Shown: positions 35,871-64,000 of the stretch, piece after piece
Layout: every line of letters begins with the position of its first letter
How positions within the stretch are numbered: position 1 is the stretch's first letter
Assembly: GCA_950097015.1 (NCBI GenBank)
Contig: CATNEN010000032.1
Span: 2,294,001-2,358,000, forward strand
Source: Macrostomum hystrix
Taxonomy: Eukaryota; Animalia; Platyhelminthes
Reading direction: 5' to 3'
DNA length: 64,000 nucleotides
Notes under the pieces: generated by a model
Told to the model about the DNA's origin: nothing
What the model saw: only the letters and a program-made list of their open reading frames with translations
Databases searched by the model: none
Position numbers and translations under genes: made by a program

Positions 35871-38039
35871 AACTGAGCTCAGGCTTAAGGTGCCCAGTGT
35901 TCAACCAACAGTTTAACAAACTGCCTGCGGATTACAAACTGTTTAAATTTAAATTAAGAGAGACTATGAAATTTTGCTCTTTTCTCTGCCTGAAGTATCT
36001 TTGAAATGAAAAATCTCGAAGTATGCTCTACGCGATTGCTAGACACTTGAAAACAGGAGTTTTTCTCAGTAGGTAGGGCACTGATAAAGGCCTGCCTATT
36101 TCGTTAATATATATAGGTGGCGGCGGGGGTTGCCGCTACAGACGGCGGCGGCGGCACCACAAAGGAAAGAATGAAGAGGGGGTGGGTGATGGGTGGCGTA
36201 AGAAGGAATGCAGTTTAAAAATGCTGACAGCCAATAGGCATCAAGATTACCTATCTATTAAATTAAATATCATATCTCGATCACGCTACTGATTTTAGTA
36301 GCAATCTGCGGGTGTTATCCACATACTGTGAAACCCGCATATATGCGCATCGAAGCAACAGAGAGCTGATCTGAGAAAAATGTCACAGAAAAACAAAACA
36401 GCCGGGAAGCTGTGCCCACCCGTCTTTAGAAATCCTCGGTGTCCTAAAGCGGTGTCCTGTACGCCACCTATAGCTTGGCAACGTCATCTTCATGGGATGT
36501 GGCCAGGTGAGCTGATGGTCACCATTGCATGAAATTCGCGATTCACCATTGAGGTTTCAATAAGGACCCATGGTACAAGAGCGGTGCCTCGCCATCACTC
36601 TAAATATTCACTTTACTTCACTTCAGCATTCAACAGGTAGCGCTGTAACTACTCTGAGCCCGGCCTTGTGGTCATGGCGGACATTGAGGACACCGCCGAG
36701 ATGGCATACGCCGCTAGCCTAGCCTCGGCCACTCGCGCTCAGGTTGTTTACCAGGCTTGGCAGCAGGCTCCAGGAGGTGTCGAACCGGGCGGTGGTTGGT
36801 CCTGGTCGGCTAGCGTCGCCTTAAGTCTGTGGTACGAGCGTACAACTGGCCATCCGAGCCTTACAACGGAGGCGGGGGTCCAACAGAGAATTTGCTGGGA
36901 TTCTATTCTCTACGGAACCTTTCTTGCCTTATCGGTGGCCACAATGTGCAAATGTGTCGCCATTTTAGGCCAGAATATACCAGGGATTACTGCTCAGATT
37001 TTAATTGAATGCTCTGAGCAACGCCGATTTACTAAGCTCTACGTATACTGGGCATAATTTTGTTTAAATTCAGTTTTCACAGCATGCGCAGCGTCATCAG
37101 CCCAGATATTTATGCTTTCTTGCACAGGATTTTCGCTGTCTCCCCTAACCGCTTTCTGATTGGTCCGTCTCTCACCCCCTAACCTTTTCTCTTACCCTCG
37201 GACACACCCCACGCCCCTTCTCTTAAACCAATCCGATCTGTGCCTTCAGCACCGATTATAATTATAATGTTGCTCTGGCAAGAAAAATGAATCAGCTGTT
37301 GATTAAAATAAAAATGTTAATTGCTACTTTTGATTGTATTGTTTCTGAAAACAGAACTGTTCATTAAAAATATTCTTTTAACGTTAACTAGCTTTATTTG
37401 TTCCAACCAACACAAATACATACTATGCTATAAATTAACAAAAAACAAACTCTACAGAGTAAATTTTATACATAATAATACGAAATACAGTGATTCATTA
37501 AAACTAACCAGCAGCCGCATAGGAAGCTACGAGTATTGAGCATAAGTGTGATTTCCACCAGCGGAATGTGAAAAAGTAGGTTCAGCATATAAATAACTTT
37601 TTTATAAATTTCTACACATTAACAAAAAAATCAATGTTTATGATTGTGAATATTTGAAAAACTAGCTCAAATAGGATGCTTATACTGTGCGGATAATGTG
37701 AGCAGTATTATATACTCGTGGTAATCCATGGGTGAGTAGAGAAAGTCTAGTTTTTTTAATATTGTTAGCTAATTTCGAAGTTAACAGTCGAAATCAAATC
37801 GAAAAGAGCCTAACGAAATTCATAAAAAATAAGAACTCGAAATAAAAGTGCACAAAGCAAAGCAGGACAAAGATGAACAAAAAAATCATCACAGTTTGCT
37901 GAAATACTATTTGTGAGCGCCCTAGCACTACTATAAGTACGACGAGTGAGTATTCAGTAAAAAATACCTAGACAAGAAAGAAATTAAAAAATCATCATGG
38001 AGCATGGCTGAGCCAGATGTTCTTCTAGCTCATTGACTT

Positions 38040-56817
<18,778 letters not shown>

Positions 56818-58262
56818 CGTGTGGCTGCAGCAAAATGTCTGCTCATTTACAAACAAATTAATATTACACACGATATAGCCTAAAATAAATTAAGTAAAAA
56901 TAGTTCAATGACACTAAGTCAAATTCAAAGGTTCAAGCAAAAGCTTTAGTACTTGAATGAAACAAAGACATTATATACTAATAAAACAAAATTAAAGAAC
57001 ATAAAATTACTGTTATTTACCCTTTCCTGACTTTAGCTTTTACTGTATACATCAGTTTTTGTTTGTCCTAAAATGATATCTCTGTGACAAAGGCGATATA
57101 TTTTCTTCGTTAACGAAAAGTTTACGAAACGTGGTAATTAAAGCAGATTAGCAAAAAATCATACACAGTCTCATGCAAAAGTCATAACTTTCAGCTTTTT
57201 ATTCAGATATACGTACTTGTTTGAGTCATTTGATATTTTCGCTATACATATAGGATCAATAGAGAGCATTGAAAAAGTAAATGTAAATAACTTAAAAACA
57301 CAACTTTAGTGCAGTTATAGAATGTCGAGTGTAGTTTTAATATTTTTTTAGATAAAAAAAGTACGAGTTGATCCCTCTGCTAGCAAATTCGCCCATCACA
57401 TATAGTCAGAATTAAAACAATTGCTTAAATAAATTTTAACATAACTTAATGCCTATAGAATAGAACTTTTACGGCTCAAAATTTCCTTTTCAAGTCCAGC
57501 ATATCTACATAACTGCTATATAGACTTAATGAAAGGCTAGATAAATCGATAATGCTGCCTGAACTGTATTGTTCGATGGGATCAGTTGATCGCAACACGT
57601 AATCGGCGATATTTAACAGCTGAGAGACAGTTCAGATTTGAGTGACAGTTCAGATACCTATTTGGCTATAGGCACTGTACGTAATGTTAAATGTGTTAGC
57701 GTGCACATTCATTTTCCTTATTATTCAGCAGCAGAAATATGGGCATAATAAATTTAAAGTCCTTGAAAGTGGTTTCGTATTTTGAAAAGATATTACCATT
57801 GTTACGTTGTTACGTCTATTTTTTCAGGGTATTGTAAAACAAGAGATATACAATTACGTCAACGTTAATGCGTGTGTCTAGGAAATTTAGATTTTGGATT
57901 AATCAACCCAGATTGAATTTGAGAGATTACAAACGTGTAGCTTACTGTATAGCTCGTGTTAAGAATTTTTGCTGCAGCGTGCAGGAGGCGAAAAACGATA
58001 CTTCGTGTGCGGCGGCGGGAAGTGACTACAACGACGACTGTGCAGCTTGGTGAGAAGTGATAGACTGAAGTCTGGACCGCTCATTGCAATCAGTCATAGC
58101 AGCTACTTCCTTATAGAGAAGAGAATCTGACATGTGTCATAAAGGAAACGTCAGACACCGGACACCCGCAGGTAAGTGGTTGCGAGATTAATGATCGCTG
58201 TGTCATCCGAATAAGCGCACTTTAGACTGAAAAGAGGCGTTTAAATATGTAGGATAAACGAA

Positions 58263-61200
58263 ATGAATAACTCAACGGTCTACACACCTACTCGGCGAGC
58301 CCAAGAGATGTCGCAGCTATCGCCACGGATAGCGGCTATCTTTATAGCTGTTTCGGTTCCAGCGGTGGCAGCGTCATCCTCTTACTTGAGTAAAACCAAC
58401 GACAATGAAACATTGTCGGAGTCTAGATGCGTTTTGGGTAGCTTACTGTGCCTGCACGACAGCCAGAAGCCTTACCTGCTGACGGCGCTATGGCTGCTGC
58501 TTCTAGTCACTCTGTTGCTGGCCTCGGAGCGGACTGAGCACAAGCCGGAACCAGCAGGATGTCGCGACGACGATGTTGAGTCGTCTTCCTCCACATCAAT
58601 GACGCCAGCAGCTGTCACGTCCGTCGGACCTCAGTCATTGTCGGTGCGGTTGAAAAAATGCTGCCAACTTGTGTTCCTGCACGGAGTCCGCGAATACCTA
58701 CCAACTAGCTGCCTGCAGATTCTACTTGGACTGGCCTGCGCTGCTCTGTTTCGAATTTCCGGCTATCACGTGGCTCACTTGGAGTCGCTGGATCCTGGCC
58801 TGTTCTTTCACCTGCTGCTGCCAATTATCATTGTAAATGCCGGCTTGGGTGTGGAGAAGCGGCACTTTTATTTTAACTTACCGGCGATTCTGGCCTTCGC
58901 AGTGCTGGGTGAGTGTCTCTTGGACGTTCGTGTCTCTCTTGGACGTTCGTGTCTCTGTTGGATGTTCGTGTCTCTGTTGGATGTTCGTGTCTCTCCTGGA
59001 TGTTCGTGTCTCTGTTGGATGTTCGTGTCTCTGTTGGATGTTCGTGTCTCTCCTGGATGTTCGTGTCTCTCCTGGATGTTCGTGTCTCTCTTGGACGTTC
59101 ATGTCTCTCTTGGACGTTCGTGTCTCTGTTGGATGTTCGTGTCTCTGTTGGATGTTCGTGTCTCTGTTGGATGTTCGTGTCTCTCCTGGATGTTCGTGTC
59201 TCTGTTGGATGTTCGTGTCTCTCCTGGATGTTCGTGTCTCTCCTGGATGTTCGTGTCTCTCTTGGACGTTCATGTCTCTCTTGGACGTTCGTGTCTCTGT
59301 TGGATGTTCGTGTCTCTGTTGGATGTTCGTGTCTCTCCTGGATGTTCGTGTCTCTCTTGGACGTTCGTGTCTCTCTTGGATGTTCGTGTCTCTCCTGGAT
59401 GTTCGTGTCTCTCTTGGACGTTCGTGTCTCTGTTAGATGTTCGTGTCTCTGTTGGATTTTCAAGTTTCTTTAGGACGTTTGTGTCTGTTTTAGACGTTCG
59501 CGTGTCTCTCTTTGTCTCTCTCTTAGATTTCTGGGTCACTCTTATGGCTTTGGACGGGTAATTCTCTCATTTTAAATTCGCTTGTTGATCCAGGAACCCT
59601 AGCCGTTGCCCTGGTGACTGGTTACTCAATCCACGCGATGGCAGCTCTGGGCCGAACTGGTCCGTTCTCAGGGCTCCAAAATCTGTCCAGAATCGAGGCC
59701 CTGACGTTCGGCGCCCTCATCTCCGCCGTAGACCCAGTGGCCGTGCTGGCCCTATTTGAAAAGATGCACCTCAACAAGCCTCTCTACATGACCCTTTTTG
59801 GCGAGTCGGTTATCAATGACGCCGTGTCCGTGGTGAGAGCAAATGAAAGTGCACTTTAAGCTTTTACCTAATGCTTTGAAACTTATTTAAAACTAACCTT
59901 GTATCTCCCAACAAAGGTATTGTACAACATGTTCACCCAGGCCAAGGCTTCCATGCACGCCACTGGACAGTCCGAATGGCGCCCGGGTCCAGCAGAACTT
60001 GGCGGCACCATCATCTACAGCGTCCATGTGGCCGCGTCCGGCCTCGCAACCGGCTCCGCCAGCGGCCTACTGGCGACAGGCCTGCTTCGATTCCTGCCCA
60101 GTGAGGGCAATCAGAGCCTGGCAGTAATGATCGTTATCATAGCCGGCTACCTCAGCTTCTACCTGGCGGAGCTGGTATCTGCGTCTGGCATTCTGGCGTG
60201 AGCTCCTATGTTAAACTATATAATATTAGGGTAGATTGAAATCTTGATGAATGCATTTTCGACATTCTGTTTCCCTTCTTTAAACTTTCTTCTAAAAACC
60301 ACCAGGACGTTTGTCTGCTCGATTGTAATGTCGATCTACCTGGCCAACTTGACACCCGTGTCGCAGAATTTCCTGCGGCAGAGCACGAAAAGCTGCGCGG
60401 AAATCTCAGAGGGCTTCATTTACCTCATCATGGGAGTTTCTGCGCTCAACTTGTTCTTCGGAAACTCGGAGAAGGTCATTGTGGATGTGCCGTTCATTGT
60501 GGTCACTCTGGTGCTCTGTGTTCTGCTTCGATTTGCCTGTGAGCATCCCCATTAATCTAGACCTAGAGTCTAGATAATCCCAAATGGAATATATGATCTG
60601 GGGATCTCCGATCTGGGGATCTCCGATCTGGGGATCTCCGATCTGGGGATCTCCGATCTGGGGATCTCCGATCTGGGGATCTCCGATCTGGGGATCTCCG
60701 ATCTGGGGATCTCCGATCTGGGGATCTCCGATCTGGGGATCTCCGATCTGGGGATCTCCGATCTGGGGATCTCCGATCTGGGGATCTCCGATCTGGGGAT
60801 CTCCGATCTGGGGATCTCCGATCTGGGGATCTCCGATCTGGGGATCTCCGATCTGGGGATCTCCGATCTGGGGATCTCCGATCTGGGGATCTCCGATCTG
60901 GGGATCTCCGATCTGGGGATCTCCGATCTGGGGATCTCCGATCTGGGGATCTCCGATCTGGGGATCTCCGATCTGGGGATCTCCGATCTGGGGATCTTTA
61001 ATATATCTTTAAATTATCAGGTGTCTATGGCATCGGCTACCTACTCAGACTGTGCTCTCTTACCGACCTAAAAGCATCCGACTTCTTTATCTTGTCCTAC
61101 GGTGGCCTTCGTGGTGCCATCGCATTGGCTCTGAGTCTAATGCTCAAGCGTGAGCACTACGCCTATTGTGACGAGTTTTTCGCCTGCACAATGATCATGG

Positions 61201-61813
61201 TGCTGCTTACATGCTTCATCAATGTGAGAATCAGAAGCTTTGCAAAATTAATTGAGTTCATGTCTCTAGCTTGCAACTGACTTCAGTCGGTATATCTCTT
61301 CCACTCCAGGGCATCACCCTGAAGCCGCTGATCCAGTTGGCCGGCATTGAAGTAGACGAAAGTCACGACGACAGCTTGTGGGATCAGATTATGAGTCGGG
61401 TATGAGTTATGAACATTTTTGAATGATTAAGGTGACACTTTTAAGGTGAATAGTGGCCTAAGACACTTGCCTGACCTTGCTCTCGTCTATTTATAACTCT
61501 TTGGGGTTGGCTGAAGGCACGATTAAAACTGGAGTGGGGTGGGTGAGCGACAGGGATAGAGAAAGCGGCTAGAGGGGCTGAGAGAGGGACGAATCAGAAG
61601 CCGTCGAGGGGAGAGAAACCGAAAGACAGAAAGAGAGCACAAATCTATTCAGCCATTCTACGACCGCAGTGCAGTAGATAAATCAATGTGAAACAAATGC
61701 ATATAAAACTCAGCTTTTACCTTGACTTCCCATTGGCAGACCTGCGACTATATTGGCTTCTTCATGGGCGGCTTGGCCGGCAGGCAAACTGTGCTGAAGC
61801 GAGTCTACTTGAG
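58263..61813 (+). CDS. SLC9A/NHE-family Na+/H+ exchanger, 3' part beyond the window
   Basis: Phase-consistent exons: 58263-58908, 59594-59832, 59917-60197, 60306-60538, 61021-61223, 61310-61399, 61740-~61813 (last donor tentative). Motifs FFHLLLPIIIVNAG, FGALISAVDPVAVLALFE, LFGESVINDAVSVVLY, SGILA, SYGGLRGAIALAL and GITLKPL. The start is uncertain: Met 58308 gives a better signal peptide, and a donor at 58172 could splice in frame to 58306. Confidence 0.88.
58915..59505. repeat. 19-bp minisatellite GGATGTTCGTGTCTCTGTT, NHE intron 1
   Basis: Starts immediately after the GTGAGT donor and artificially extends the 432-aa ORF. Confidence 0.95.
60595..60996. repeat. 15-bp perfect minisatellite GATCTGGGGATCTCC, ~26 units, NHE intron 4
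   Basis: WGSPI-period ORF; no variant unit seen. Confidence 0.97.
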
Positions 61814-62019
61814 GTTAGCAGTCTGCGCTTTGAGTCAGATCACTGGGGTGGATCTACTTTGAGCGACCATTTTGAGTGAAATTATATGGAATTAACTGAC
61901 CCGTTAGAAAGTCCCATCCAGATTCAGGTTACCACTCCAGATCATCCCATCAGTTGCAGGATTGCGCAATCGATTTCCAGATTATCCCCTCAGTTTGTGG
62001 ATTATCCCTTCAGATTCCG

Positions 62020-64000
62020 TATTTTCCCCTCTGATTGTAGATTATCCCTTCAGTTTTCCCCTCAGATTGTGGATTATACCCACTGATTGTGGATTATCGC
62101 CTCAGATTGTGGATTATCGCCTGAGATTGCGGATTATACGCACAGATTGTGGATTATCGCCTCAGATAGTGTATTATCCCCCCACATTGTCGATCATCCT
62201 CTTAGTTGTTCCCCGAGATTGTGGATTATCCCTCAGATTGTGGATTATCCCTCAGATTGTGGATTATCCCTCAGATTGTGTATTATCCCCCCACATTGTC
62301 GATTATCCCTCAGATTGTGTATTATCCCCCCACATTGTCGATTATCCCTCAGATTGTGGATTATCCCTCAGATTGTGTATTATCCCCCCACATTGTCGAT
62401 TATCCCTCAGATTGTGTATTATCCCTCAGATTGTGGATTATCCCTCAGATTGTGGGTTATCCCTCAGATTGTGGATTATCCCTCAGATTGTGGATTATCC
62501 CTCAGATTGTGGATTATCCCTCAGATTGTGGATTATCCCTCAGATTGTGGATTATCCCTCAGATTGTGTATTATCCCCCCACATTGTCGATTATCCCTCA
62601 GATTGTGGATTATCCCTCAGATTGTGGATTATCCCTCAGATTGTGGATTATCCCTCAGATTGTGGATTATCCCTCAGATTGTGGATTATCCCTCAGATTG
62701 TGGATTATCCCAGATTGTGGATTATCCCTCAGATTGTGGATTATCCCTCAGATTGTGGATTATCCCTCAGATTGTGGATTATCCCTCAGATTGTGGATTA
62801 TCCCTCAGATTGTGGATTATCCCTCAGATTGTGGATTATCCCTCAGATTGTGGATTATCCCTCAGATTGTGGATTATCCCTCAGATTGTGGATTATCCCT
62901 CAGATTGTGTATTATCCCCCCACATTGTCGATTATCCCTCAGATTGTGGATTATCCCTCAGATTGTGGATTATCCCTCAGATTGTGGATTATCCCTCAGA
63001 TTGTGGATTATCCCTCAGATTGTGGATTATCCCTCAGATTGTGGATTATCCCAGATTGTGGATTATCCCTCAGATTGTGGATTATCCCTCAGATTGTGGA
63101 TTATCCCTCAGATTGTGGATTATCCCTCAGATTGTGGATTATCCCTCAGATTGTGGATTATCCCTCAGATTGTGTATTATCCCTCAGATTGTGGATTATC
63201 CCTCAGATTGTGGGTTATCCCTCAGATTGTGGATTATCCCTCAGATTGTGTATTATCCCTCAGATTGTGTATTATCCCTCAGATTGTGGATTATCCCTCA
63301 GATTGTGGATTATCCCTCAGATTGTGTATTATCCCCCCACATTGTCGATTATCCCTCAGATTGTGGATTATCCCTCAGATTGTGGATTATCCCTCAGATT
63401 GTGGATTATCCCTCAGATTGTGGATTATCCCTCAGATTGTGTATTTTCCCCCCACATTGTCGATTATCCCTCAGATTGTGTATTATCCCTCAGATTGTGG
63501 ATTATCCCTCAGATTGTGGATTATCCCTCAGATTGTGTATTATCCCCCCACATTGTCGATTATCCCTCAGATTGTGTATTATCCCTCAGATTGTGGATTA
63601 TCCCTCAGATTGTGGGTTATCCCTCAGATTGTGGATTATCCCTCAGATTGTGTATTATCCCTCAGATTGTGGATTATCCCTCAGATTTTGTATTATCCCC
63701 CCACATTGTCGATTATCCCTCAGATTGTGGATTATCCCTCAGATTGTGGATTATCCCTCAGATTGTGGATTATCCCTCAGATTGTGTATTATCCCCCCAC
63801 ATTGTCGATTATCCCTCAGATTGTGGATTATCCCTCAGATTGTGGATTATCCCTCAGATTGTGGATTATCCCTCAGATTGTGGATTATCCCTCAGATTGT
63901 GGATTATCCCAGATTGTGGATTATCCCTCAGATTGTGGATTATCCCTCAGATTGTGGATTATCCCTCAGATTGTGGATTATCCCAGATTGTGGATTATCC
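62020..64000. repeat. 19-bp minisatellite TTATCCCTCAGATTGTGGA with recurring TATTATCCCCCCACATTGTCGA variant; runs off the window
   Basis: Direct periodicity; probably an NHE intron. Confidence 0.95.

Noticed and set aside
36668-37057. 129-aa ORF between the ANKRD26 3' end and the ADAM start
   Set aside because: GTG start, no recognisable domain and no supporting splice structure.
58909-59561. C-terminal half of the 432-aa ORF as extra NHE transmembrane repeats
   Set aside because: Read-through of the GTGAGT donor at 58909 into a 19-bp array; NHE similarity resumes at 59594.

Overview
Animal genomic DNA with GT-AG introns; no rRNA, true tRNA or CRISPR found. Many large intronic minisatellites flanking GC-rich exons suggest a repeat-rich flatworm such as Macrostomum (inference only). 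I reconstructed four protein genes by hand, checking splice phase at every junction. (1) An intronless neprilysin/M13-family type II membrane protein (+, 5044-7504) with a +1 frame discontinuity near 5581 and a degenerate zinc site. (2) An 8-exon, ~1162 aa ADAM (-, 35870-9183) that has lost its HExxH motif. (3) A 27-exon, ~1833 aa ANKRD26-like ankyrin/coiled-coil gene (-, 56817-38040). (4) A divergent SLC9/NHE Na+/H+ exchanger (+, from ~58263, running off the window). About 30 different minisatellites cover roughly 40% of the window, almost all inside introns, and account for nearly all the long repetitive ORFs in the track. Other notable items: two convergent catalytically dead metalloproteases, two SINE-like families, a TGACGTCA (CRE) cluster, a CCAAT-box array, a TTAGGG/G4-type array, and phase-0 exons carrying acidic-Trp motifs.
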